Shown one piece after another: positions 8,640 to 19,200 of a DNA stretch of 50,024 nt (positions are counted from its first letter, which is position 1; every line of letters begins with the position of its first letter). Location: contig JASTWF010000358.1 in the NCBI GenBank assembly GCA_030390025.1, positions 434,001-484,024 of the forward strand. The letters are read 5' to 3'. A model generated the notes under the pieces. That model saw nothing but the letters and a program-made list of their open reading frames with translations. It was not told the DNA's origin and did not search any database. The position numbers and the translations under genes were made by a program. The stretch is from Squalus acanthias. Lineage: Eukaryota.

Positions 8640-11446
8640 GGCTGGATGGCATTTATTTTAATGCAAGGAGTCTTGCGAGTAAGGCAGATGAATGAATTGA
8701 AGGTGTTGATGAGCACATGGGAGTATGATATTGTTGCTATCACAGAGACATGGTTGAGTGAGGGGCAGGACTGGCAGCTCAATATTCCGGGGTGTAGAAT
8801 CTTCAGGCGAGACAGAGGTGGGTGTAAAAGATGAGGGGGTGTCGCAATATTAATCAAGGAGTCAATTACTGCTGTAAGCAGGGATGATATCTTAGCAGGT
8901 TCCTCTAATGAGGCCATATGGGTAGAACTTAAAAACAAAAAGGGGGCAAGCACTTTGCTGGGAGTGTACTATCGGCCCCCAAACAGTCAGGGGGAGATAG
9001 AGGAACAGATATGTCGGCAAATCTCAGAGAAGTGTAGAAATAATAGGGTAATATTGGTAGGGGATTTCAACTTCCCCACTATTAACTGAGATAGTCAGAG
9101 TGTGAAAGGCTTAGAGGGTGCGGAATTCTTAAAGTGCATCCAGGAGAGCTTTTTGAGCCAGCATGTAGAAAGTCCTACAAGAGAAGGGGTGGTACTGGAC
9201 CTAATTCTAGGGAATATAGCCAGGCAAGTGGTAGAAGTGCCAGTAGGAGAGCATTTTGGTGACAGTGACCATAATTCGGTGAGATTTAAGGTAGTCATGG
9301 AAAAGGACAAAGATGGACCGGAAATAAAGGTTCTAAATTGGGGGAAGGCCGATTTTAATATGATAAGGCAGGATCTGGCCAAAGTGGACTGGGATCAGCT
9401 ACTTGTAGGAAAATCCACATCAGAGCAGTGCGAGTTTTTCGGAAAGGAAATAGAGAGGGTACAACGCCAACATGTTCTCGTAAAGGTCAAGGGTGGGACC
9501 AACAAGCCCAGGGAACCCTGGATGTCAAGGAATATACAAGAATGGATTGGGAAAAAAAGGGAGGCTTTTGGCAGATACAAAAGACTAAAAACAGTGGAAG
9601 CCCTAGAGGAGTATAGAAAGTGCAGGGGGGTACTTAAAAAAGAAATTAGGAGAGCGAAGAGGGGGCATGAAAAAACACTGGCGGGCAAAATAAAGGAAAA
9701 TCCCAAGGTGTTTTATAAGTATATTAAGGGCAAGAGGATAACTAGGGAAAGAGTAGGGCCCATTAGGGACCAACGTGGCAATCTGTGACGAGCTGAAAGA
9801 TGTGGGTGAGGTTTTAAATGAATATTTTGCATCTGTGTTCACTACGGAGAAGGACGATGTAGGCATAGAAATTAGGCAGGGGGATTGTCATATACTTGAA
9901 CAAATTAGTATTGAGAGGGAGGAGGTACTAGCAGTTTTAGCGGGCTTAAAAGTGGATACATCCCCAGGCCCAGACGAGATGTATTCCAGGCTGCTGTATG
10001 AGGCAAGGGAGGAGATTGCAGGGGCTCTGACACAAATTTTCAGAACCTCTCTGGCCACAGGGGAGGTGCCAGAGGACTGGAGGACAGCTAAAGTAATATC
10101 ATTATTCAAGAAGGGTAGTAGGGATAAACCAGGGAATTACAGGTCAGTGAGCCTAACATCAGTGGTAGGGAAAGTATTAGAAAAAATTCTGAGGGACAGA
10201 ATTAGTCTCCACTTGGAGAGGCAAGGATTAATCAAGGATAGTCAGCATGGCTTTGTCAGGGGGAGATCATGTCTAACCAATTTGATTGAATTTTTCGAGG
10301 AGGTGACTAGGTGCATGGATGAGGGTAGTGCAGTTGATGTGGTCTACATGGACTTCAGTAAGGCTTTTGACAAAGTCCCGCATGGGAGACTGGTCAAGAA
10401 GGTAAGAGCCCATGGGATCCAGGGCAATTTGGCACATTGGATCCAAAATTGGCTTCGTGGCAGGAGGCAGAGGGTAATGGTCGAAGGTTGTTTTTGTGAC
10501 TGGAAGCCTGTGTCCAGTGGTGTACCGCAGGGATCGGTGCTGGGTCCTTTGCTGTTTGTAGTGTACATTAATGATTTAGATATGAATGTAGGAGGTATGA
10601 TGAGTAAGTTCGGAGATGACACGAAAATTTGTGGAGTGGTAAATAGCCAGGAGGGAAGCCTCAGGCGACAGGACGATATTGACGGGTTGGTCAGATGGGC
10701 AGAACAATGGCAAATGGAATTTAACCCTGAAAAGTGTGAGGTGATGCATTTTGGGAGGACTAACAAGGCAAGGGAATACACAATGAATGGTAGGATCCTA
10801 GGAAGGACAGAGGATCAGAGGGACCTTGGTGTGCATGTACATAGATCCCTGAAGGCAGCAGGATAGGTAGATAAGGTGGTTAAAAAGGCATATGGAAAAC
10901 TTGCCTTCATTAGCTGAGGCATAGAATATAAGAGCAGGAAGGTTATGATGGAGCTGTACAAAATGCTAGCTAGGCCACAGCTGGAATACTGTGTGCAGTT
11001 CTGGTCACCACACTGTAGGAAGGATGTGATTGCATTGGAGAGGGTGCAGAGGAGATTGACCAGGATGTTACCTGGGCTGGAGCGCTTCAGCTATGAAGAG
11101 AGACTGGACAGGCTGGGTTGTTTTCCTTAGAGCAGAGAAGGCTGAGGGGGGACCTGATTGAGGTCTACAAAATTATGAGGGGCATAGATAGGGTAAATAG
11201 AAAGGAACTTTTCCCCTTAGTAGAGGGGTCAATAACCAGGGGGCATAGTTTCAAGGTAAGGGGCAGGAGGTTGAGAGGGGATTTGAGGAAAAACTTTTTC
11301 ACCCAGAGGGTGGTTGGAATCAGAAACTCACTGCCTGAAAGGGTGGTAGAGGCAGAACCCTCACAACAGTCAAGAAGCATTTAGATGAGCACTTGAAACA
11401 CCATAGCATACAAGGCTACGGACCAAGTGCTGGAAAATGGGATTAG
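8640..11446 (+). pseudogene. CR1 ORF2: AP endonuclease and reverse transcriptase
   Basis: Motifs YFNARSL, IVAITETW, GDFN, SDHN, PGPD, YRSVSLTS, QHGF, DFSKAFD, GVPQGSVLGPLLF, FGDD (normally FADD), and C-terminal GYGPSAGKWD*. Disrupted by a TGAA duplication at ~8690, several stops (e.g. 8832, 10864) and frameshifts. Start coordinate approximate. Confidence 0.93.
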
Positions 11447-11523
11447 GATAGGGCTTGATGGCCGGTGCAGACACGATGGGCTGAAGGGCATCTTTCTGTG
11501 CTGTATAACTCTATTACTCTATG

Positions 11524-12587
11524 ACCCTTCCCCAGTCCAGGTGGTCTCTGTGCGAGGATCCCTCCCCAGTCCAGGGGGTCTCAGAGCGAGGAACCCTCCC
11601 CAGTCCAAGAGGTCTCAGAGCGAGGACCCCTCCTCAGACCAGGGCATCTCAGAGCAAGGACCCCGCCCAGACCAAGTGGTCTCATGGCAAGGACACCTCC
11701 CCAGTCCAGGGGGGGTCTCAGCACGAGGACCCATCCCCAGTCCAGGGGGTCACTGTGCGAGGAGCACACCCCAGTCCAGGGCATCTCAGAGTGAGGACCC
11801 CCCTAGACCAAGGGGTGTCAGAGCGGGGCCCCCTCCCCCGTCCAAGGGGTTTCAGAACGACAGCCCCTCCCCAGTCCAGTGGGTCTCAGAGAGGACCCCT
11901 CCACAGTCCAGGGCATCTCAGAGCGAGGACCCCCACCCCCCCCGCCCCCGGACCAAGGGGTCTCTGAGCAAGGACCCCCCCAGACCAAGGGTCTCTGTGC
12001 GAGGAACCCTCCCCAGTCCAGGGGGTCTCAGAGCGAGGACCCCATCCCAGTCCAGGGGGTCTCCGAGCAAGGACCCCCCCAGACCAAGGGTCTCTGTGCG
12101 AGGACCCCACCCCAGTCCAGGGGGTCTCAGAGCGAGGACCCCATCCCAGTCCAGGGGGTCTCCGAGCAAGGACCCCCCCAGACCAAGGGTCTCTGTGCGA
12201 GGACCCCACCCCAGTCCAGGGGATCTCAGAGCGAGGACCCCATCCCAGTCCAGGGGGTCTCTGTGCGAGGACCCCTCCCCAGTCCAGGGGGCCTCAGAGA
12301 GGACCCCTCCCCAGTCCAGGGTGTCTCAGAGCGAGGACCCCCCCAGACCAAGGGGTCTCCGAGCAAGGACCCCCCCAGACCAGGGGTCTCTGTGAGAGGA
12401 CCCCTCCCCAGTCCAGGGGGTCTCAGAGCGAGGACCCCTCCCCAGTCCAGGAGGCCTGAGAGCGAGGACCCCTCCCCAGTCCAGGGGGTCTCAGAGCAAG
12501 GACCCCTCCCCAGTCTAGGGGGTCTCAGAGCGAGGACCCCTCTCCAGTCCAGGGGGTCTCAGAGCGAGGACCCCTCCCCAGTCCAGG
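11524..12587. repeat. ~34 bp GC-rich minisatellite, right block, including a 99 bp higher-order unit
   Basis: Same unit as 4877-7036. A three-monomer ~99 bp unit recurs at about 11968, 12068 and 12167. Confidence 0.95.
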
Positions 12588-12608
12588 CAATGATTCATCA
12601 ACTCTATA

Positions 12609-12614
12609 TTTAAT
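12609..12614 (-). terminator. Putative poly(A) signal (ATTAAA) of the NOXA1-like gene; second candidate at 12655-12660
   Basis: TTTAAT on the + strand, 130 bp downstream of the stop codon and ~20 bp before the minisatellite. Confidence 0.5.
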
Positions 12615-12743
12615 CAAATTCAAATGGAGACAAAGAAAGATCATGAAAGAGCTCTTTAATCCCAGAGACGCCCCCTCCCTCTGTTCGCAGTCTCCAGTCG
12701 AGGATCGCAGCTCCAATCCGCAGCCCGCGGCTCCCTGACACTT

Positions 12744-12859
12744 TCAGAGCGGGGCCATACTCTGGGAGTCGGGTATTTCCGTGCTGCCCGGGCCGACAAA
12801 GCACCGCGGGAAGATGCCGATGTTCCCGGTGGAATGTCCCTCCAGCCACTCCTCATTCA
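12744..12859 (-). CDS. NOXA1: Terminal coding exon of an NADPH oxidase activator 1-like gene (second half of the C-terminal SH3 domain)
   Basis: Acceptor gtgttttctcgcag|TG, phase 1, matching the previous exon. Reads (V)NEEWLEGHSTGNIGIFPRCFVGPGSTEIPDSQSMAPL*. WLEGH..G.IGIFP.CFV matches my recollection of the NOXA1 SH3. Confidence 0.85.
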
Positions 12860-12895
12860 CTGCGAGAAAACACATTCAATATCATCAGAGGACTG

Positions 12896-13072
12896 AGGGG
12901 CGGGACCGTATGGAAGGGGTAAGGGCCGTATGGAAGGGGGAGGGGCTGTATTGACGGGGAGGGGGCGTATTGAAGGGGAGGGGCCATATTGAAGGGGCGG
13001 GGCCGTATTGAAGGGGGAGGGGCCGTATTGACGGGGGAGGGGCTGTATTGACGGGGGAGGGGCTGTATTGAT
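12896..13072. repeat. ~20 bp G-rich minisatellite in the last intron (GGGGGAGGGGCCGTATTGA-like)
   Basis: About 9 tandem copies visible inside the 263 bp intron 12860-13122. Confidence 0.85.
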
Positions 13073-13122
13073 GGCAGATTTCCGGATGCAGCAGACCGAG
13101 ACAGACTCAGATAAGATCCTAC

Positions 13123-13246
13123 CTTCAGAGAGCACATCGATGACATCTCCCTCATTAAACTCCACGTCCTCAGGCCCTTGTCCTTTATAGTTGTACAGGG
13201 CCAGTGTTCTGTACAGCACTTGTCGCCCAGCCAAGGGGTCTGTACA
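13123..13246 (-). CDS. NOXA1: Penultimate coding exon of the NOXA1-like gene (first half of the SH3 domain)
   Basis: Branch point CTCTAAC, acceptor ccctttattgcag|TGT, donor GAAG|gtagga. The 124 bp exon reads CTDPLAGRQVLYRTLALYNYKGQGPEDVEFNEGDVIDVLSE. GR.VLY...QGPED..F..GD..DVL.E resembles NOXA1 more than NCF2. Confidence 0.87.
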
Positions 13247-13281
13247 CTGCAATAAAGGGTCAAGTTAGAGCAGAGAGAACG

Positions 13282-16200
13282 GCAGTGAGTGTGCGCTGCA
13301 GTGAGTGTGTGTAGTGCAGTGAGTGTGTGTAGTGCAGTGAGTGTGTGCGCTGGAGTGAGTGTGTGTAGTGCAGTGAGTGTGTGCTGCAGTGAGTGTGTGT
13401 AGTGCAGTGAGTGTGTGCTGCAGTGAGTGTGTGTAGTGCAATGAGTGTGTGTAGTGTAGTGAGTATGAGCTGCAGTGAGTGTGTGCTGCAGTGAGTGTGT
13501 GTAGTGCAGTGTGTGCTGCAGTGAGTGTGTGTAGTGCAGTGAGTGTGTGCTGCAGTCAGTGTGCGCTACAGTGAGTGTGTGTAGTGCAGTGAGTGTGCTG
13601 CAGTGAGTGTGTGTAGTGCAGTGAGTGTGTGCTGCAGTGAGTGTGTGTAGTGCAATGAGTGTGCGCTGCAGTGAGTGTGTGTAGTGCAGTGAGTGTGTGC
13701 TGCAGTGAGTGTGTGCTGCAGTGAGTGTGTGCTTCAGTGAGTGTGTGCTGCAGTGAGTGTGTGCTGCTGTGAGTGTGTGTGCTGCAGTGAGTGTGTGCTG
13801 CAGTGAGTGTGTGTGCTGCAGTGAGTGTGTGCTGCAGTGAGTGTGTGCTTCAGTGAGTGTGTGCTGCAGTGAGTGTGTGCTGCTGTGAGTGTGTGCGCTG
13901 CAGTGAGTGTGTGCTTCAGTGAGTGTGAGCTTGAGTGAGTGTGTGCTGCGGTGAGTGTGCGCTGCAGTGAGTGTGTGCTGCGGTGAGTGTGTGCAGCGGT
14001 GAGTGTGTGTTGCGGTGAGTGTGTGTAGTGCAGTGAGTGTGCGCGCTGCAGTGAGTGTGTGCTGCGGTGAATGTGTGTTGCGGTGAGTGTGTGCTGAGGC
14101 GAGTGTGTGTAGTGCAGTGAGTGTGTGCTGCAGTGAGTGTGGGTAGTGCAGTGAGTGTGCGCTGCAGTGAGTGTGTGCTGCAATGAGTGTGTGCTGCAGT
14201 GAGTGTGTGCTGCAGTGAGTGTGTGCTGCGGTGAGTGTGTGTAGTGCAGTGAGTGTGTAGTGCAGTGAGTGTGCGCTGCAGTGAGTGTGTGTAGTGCAGT
14301 GAGTGTGTGCTGCAGTGAGTGTGAGATGCATTGGGTGTGTGCAGCAGTGAGTGTGTGCTGCAGTGAGTGTGCTGCAGTGAGTGTGTGCTGCAGTGAGTGT
14401 GTGCTGCAGTGAGTGTGTGTGCTGCAGTGAGTTTGTGCTGCAGTGAGTGTGTAGTGCAGTGAGTGTGTGCTGCAGTGAGTGTGTGCTGCAGTGAGTGTGT
14501 GCTGCAGTGAGTGTGCGCTGGTGAGTGTGTGCTGCAGTGAGTGTGTGCTGCAGTGAGTGTGTGTAGTGCAGTGAGTGTGTGCTGCAGTGAGTATGTGTAG
14601 TGCAGAGAGTGTGTGTAGTGCAATGAGTGTGTGCTGCAGTGAGGGTGTGCTGCAGTGAGGGTGTGCTGCAGTGAGGGTGTGTAGTGCAATGAGTGTGTGT
14701 AGTGCAGTGAGTGTGTGCTGCAGTGAGTGTGTGCGCTGCAGTGAGTGTGTGCTGCAGTGAGTCTGTGTAGTGCAGTGAGTGTGTGCTGCAGTGAGTGTGT
14801 GCGCTGCAGTGAGTGTGTGCGCTGCAGTGAGTGTGTGTGCTGCAGTGAGTGTGTTTAATGCAGTGAATGTGAGCTGCAGTGAGTGTGTGCTGCAGTGAGT
14901 GTGTGTAGTGCAGTGAGTGTGTGCTGCAGTGAGTGTGTGCTGCAGTGAATGTGCGTAGTGCAGTGAATGTGTGCTGCAGTGAGTGTGTGCGCTGCAGTGA
15001 GTGTGTGTAGTGCAGTGAGTGTGTGCTGCAGTGAGTGTGTGTAGTGCAGTGAGTGTGCACTGCAGTGAGTGTGCGCTGCAGTGAGTGTGTGCTGCAGTGA
15101 GTGTGTAGTGCAGTGAGTGTGAGCTGCAGTGAGTGTGAGCTGCAGTGAATGTGAGCTGCGTGAGTGTGTGCTGCAGTGAGTGCGTGCTGCAGTGAGTGTG
15201 TGCTGCAGTGTGTGTGCAGTGCAGTGAGTGTGTGCTGCAGTGTGTGTGTAGTGCAGTGAGTGTGTGCTGCAGTGAGTGTGTGCTGCGTTGCGTGTGCGCT
15301 GCAGTGAGTGTGTGCTGCGGTGAGTGTGTGTTGCGGTGAGTGTGTGTAGTGTAGTGAGTGTGTGCGCTGCAGTGAGTGTGTTCTGCGGTGAATGTGTGTT
15401 GCGGTGAGTGTGTGCTGAGGCGAGTGTGTGGAGTGCAGAGAGTGTGTGCTGCAGTGAGTGTGTGTAGTGCAGTGAGTGTGTGCTGCAGTGAATGTGTGCT
15501 GCAGTGAGTGTGTGTTGCGGTGAGTGTGTGCTGCAGTGAGTATGTGCTGCAGTGAGTGTGTGCTGCATGAGTGTGTGCCCTGCAGTGAGTGTGTGTAGTG
15601 CAGTGAGTGCATGCTGCAGTGAGTGTGTGCTGCAGTGAGTGTGTGCTGCAGTGAGTGTGTGTGCTGCAGTGAGTGTGTGCTGCAGTGAGTGTGTGCTGCA
15701 GTGTGTGTGTGCTGCAGTGAGTGTGTGCTGCAGTGAGTGTGTGTGCTGCAGTGAGTGTGTGCTGCAGTGAGTGTGTGCGCTGCAATGAGTGTGTGCGCTG
15801 CAGTGAGTGTGTGTGCTGCAGTGAGTGTGTTTAATGGAGTGAATGTGAGCTGCAGTGAGTGTGTGCTGCAGTGATGTCTGTAGTGTAGTGAGCGTGTGCT
15901 GCAGTGAGAGTGGCTGCAGTGAGTGTGAGCTTGAGTGAGTGTGTGCTGCGGTGAGTGTGTGCTTCAGTGAGTGTGAGCTTGAGTCAGTGTGTGCTGCGGT
16001 GAGTGTGTGCTGCAGTGAGTGTGTGCTGCAGTGAGTGTGTGCTGCGGTGAGTGTGTGCTGCGGTGAGTGTGTGCTGCAGTGATTGTCTGCTGCAGTGAGT
16101 GTGCGTTGCAGTGAGTGTGTGCTGCATGAGTGTGTGCGCTGCAGTGAGTGTGTGTATTGCAGTGAGTGTGTGTAGTGCAGTGAGTGTGTAGTGCAGTGAG

Positions 16201-19200
16201 TGTGTGCTGCAGTGAGTGTGTGTAGTGCAGTGAGTGTGTGCTGCAGTGAGTGTGTGCTGCAGTGAGCGTGTGCTGCAGTGAGTGTGTGCTGCAGTGAGTG
16301 TGCACTGGTGAGTGTGTGCTGCAGTGAGTGTGTGCTGCAGTGAGTGTGTGTGCTGCAGTGAGTGTGTGCTGCAGTGAGTGTGTGCTGCAGTGAGTGTGTA
16401 GTGCAGTGAGTGTGTGCTGCAGTGAGTGTTTGCTGCAGTGAGTGCGCGCTGGTGAGTGTGTGTAGTGCAGTGAGTGTGTGTAGCGCAATGAGTGTGTGCT
16501 GCAGTGAGGGTGTGCTGCAGTGAGTGTGAGCTGCAGTGAGTGTGTGCTGCAGTGAGTGTGTGTAGTGCAGTGAGTGCATGCTGCAGTGAGTGTGTGCTGC
16601 AGTGAGTGTGTGCGCTGCAATGAGTGTGTGCGCTGCAGTGAGTGTGTGTGCTGCAGTGAGTGTGTTTAATGGAGTGAATGTGAGCTGCAGTGAGTGTGTG
16701 CTGCAGTGAGTGTCTGTAGTGTAGTGAGTGTGTGCTGCAGTGAGTGTGGCTGCAGTGAGTGTGAGCTTGAGTGAGTGTGTGCTGCGGTGAGTGTGTGCTT
16801 CAGTGAGTGTGAGCTTGAGTGAGTGTGTGCTGCGGTGAGTGTGTGCTGCAGTGAGTGTGTGCTGCAGTGAGTATGTGCTGCGGTGAGTGTGTGCTGCGGT
16901 GAGTGTGTGCTGCAGTGAGTGTGTGCTGCAGTGAGTGTGCGTTGCAGTGAGTGTGTGCTGCAGTCAGTGTGCGTTGCAGTGAGTGTGTGCGCCGCAGTGA
17001 GTGTGTGTATTGCAGTGAGTGTGTGCTGCAGTGAGTGTGTAGTGCAGTGAGTGTGCGCTGCAGTGAGTGTGTGTAGTGCAGTGAGTGTGTGCTGCAGTGA
17101 GTGTGTGCTGCAGTGAGCGTGTGCTGCAGTGAGTGTGTGCTGCAGTGAGTGTGCACTGGTGACTGTGTGCTGCAGTGAGTGTGTGCTGCAGTGAGTGTGT
17201 GTGCTGCAGTGAGTGTGTGCTGCAGTGAGTGTGTGCTGCAGTGAGTGTGTAGTGCAGTGAGTGTGTGCTGCAGTGAGTGTGTGCTGCAGTGAGTGTGCGC
17301 TGGTGAGTGTGTGTAGTGCAGTGAGTGTGTGTAGCGCAATGAGTGTGTGCTGCAGTGAGGGTGTGCTGCAGTGAGGGTGTGCTGCAGTGAAGGTGTGTAG
17401 TGCAATGAGTGTGTGTAGTGCAGTGAGTGTGTGCTGCAGTGAGTGTGTGCGCTGCAGTGAGTCTGTGTAGTGCAGTGAGTGTGTGCTGCAGTGAGTGTGT
17501 GCGCTGCAGTGAGTGTGTGCGCTGCAGTGAGTGTGTGTGCTGCAGTGAGTGTGTTTAATGCAGTGAATGTGAGCTGCAGTGAGTGTGTGCTGCAGTGAGT
17601 GTGTGTAGTGCAGTGAGTGTGTGCTGCAGTGAGTGTGTGCTGCAGTGAATGTGCGTAGTGCAGTGAGTGTGTGCTGCAGTGAGTGTGTGCTGCAGTGAAT
17701 GTGTGTAGTGCAGTGAGTGTGTAGTGCAGTGAGTGTGCACTGCAGTGAGTGTGTGCTGCAGTGAGTGTGTGCTGCAGTGAGTGTGTAGTGCAGTGAGTGT
17801 GAGCTGCAGTGAGTTTGAGCTGCAGTGAGTGTGAGCTGCAGTGAGTGTGTGCTGCAGTGAGTGCGTGCTGCAGTGAGTGTGTGCTGCAGTGTGTGTGCAG
17901 TGCAGTGAGTGTGTGCTGCAGTGTGTGTGTAGTGCAGTGAGTGTGTGCTGCAGTGAGTGTGTGCTGCAGTGAGTGTGTGCTGCAGTGAGTGTGTGCGCTG
18001 CAGTGAGTGTGTGCGCAGCAGTGAGTGTGTTTAATGCAGTGAATTTGAGCTGCAGTGAGTGTGTGCTGCAGTGAGTCTGTGTAGTGTAGTAAGTGTGCAC
18101 TGCAGTGAGTGTGCGCTCCCATGAGTGTGTGCTGCAGTGAGTGTGAGCTTGAGTGAGTGTGTGCTGCGGTGCGTGTGCGCTGCAGTGAGTGTGTGCTGCG
18201 GTGAGTGTGTGTTGCGGTGAGTGTGTGTAGTGCAGTGAGAGTGTGCGCTGCAGTGAGTGTGTTCTGCGGTGAATGTGTGTTGCGGTGAGTGTGTGCTGAG
18301 GCGAGTGTGTGGAGTGCAGCGAGTGTGTGCTGCAGTGAGTGTGTGTAGTGCAGTGAGTGTGTGCTGCAGTGAGTGTGTGCTGCAGTGAGTGTGTGTTGCG
18401 GTGAGTGTGTGCTGCAGTGAGTATGTGCTGCAGTGAGTGTGTGCTGCGGTGAGTGTGTGCTGCGGTGAGTGTGTGCTGCATGAGTGTGTGCCCTGCAGTG
18501 AGTGTGTGTAGTGCAGTGAGTGCATGCTGCAGTGAGTGCGTGCTGCAGTGAGTGTGTGCTGCAGTGTGTGTGTGCTGCAGTGAGTGTGTGCTGCAGTGTG
18601 TGTGTGCTGCAGTGAGTGTGTGCTGCAGTGAGTGTGTGCTGCAGTGAGTGTGTGCTGCAGTGTGTGTGTGCTGCAGTGAGTGTGTGCTGCAGTGAGTGTG
18701 TGCTGCAGTGAGTGTGTGCTGCAGTGTGTGTGTGCTGCAGTGAGTGTGTGCTGCAGTGAGTGTGTGTGCTGCAGTGAGTGTGTGTGCTGCAGTGAGTGTG
18801 TTTAATGGAGTGAATGTGAGCTGCAGTGAGTGTATGTGCTGCAGTGAGTGTGTGTAGTGCAGTGAGTGTGTGCTGCAGTGAGTGTGTGTAGTGCAGTGAG
18901 TGTGTAGTGCAGTGAGTGTGCGCTGCAGTGAGTGTGTGTAGTGCAGTGAGTGTGTGCTGCAGTGAGTGTGAGATGCATTGGGTGTGTGCAGCAGTGAGTG
19001 TGTGCTGCAGTGAGTGTGTAGTGCAGTGAGTGTGCTGCAGTGAATCTGTGCTGCAGTGAGTGTGTGCTGCAGTGAGTGTGTGTGCTGCAGTGAGTGTGTG
19101 CTGCAGTGAGTTTGTGCTGCAGTGAGTGTGTAGTGCAGTGAGTGTGTGCTGCAGTGAGTGTGTGCTGCAGTGAGTGTGTGCTGCAGTGAGTGTGCGCTGG

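Larger units (their letters stand above)
7037..11523 (+). mobile_element. Near full-length CR1-clade LINE (decayed)
   Basis: 5' UTR, ORF1 (Zn finger, coiled coil, esterase), ORF2 (AP endonuclease + RT), short 3' UTR and an 8-mer tail ACTCTATT-ACTCTATG at ~11508-11523. The same minisatellite flanks both sides. Confidence 0.95.

Noticed and set aside
4877..12587. CRISPR-like appearance of palindromic ~34 bp repeats
   Set aside because: The units are head-to-tail with no unique spacers, there are no cas genes, and the context is eukaryotic.
12857..13252. 131 aa single-exon SH3 ORF
   Set aside because: Only 13246-13123 is exon. The Pro-rich remainder is intron minisatellite read past the GT donor.
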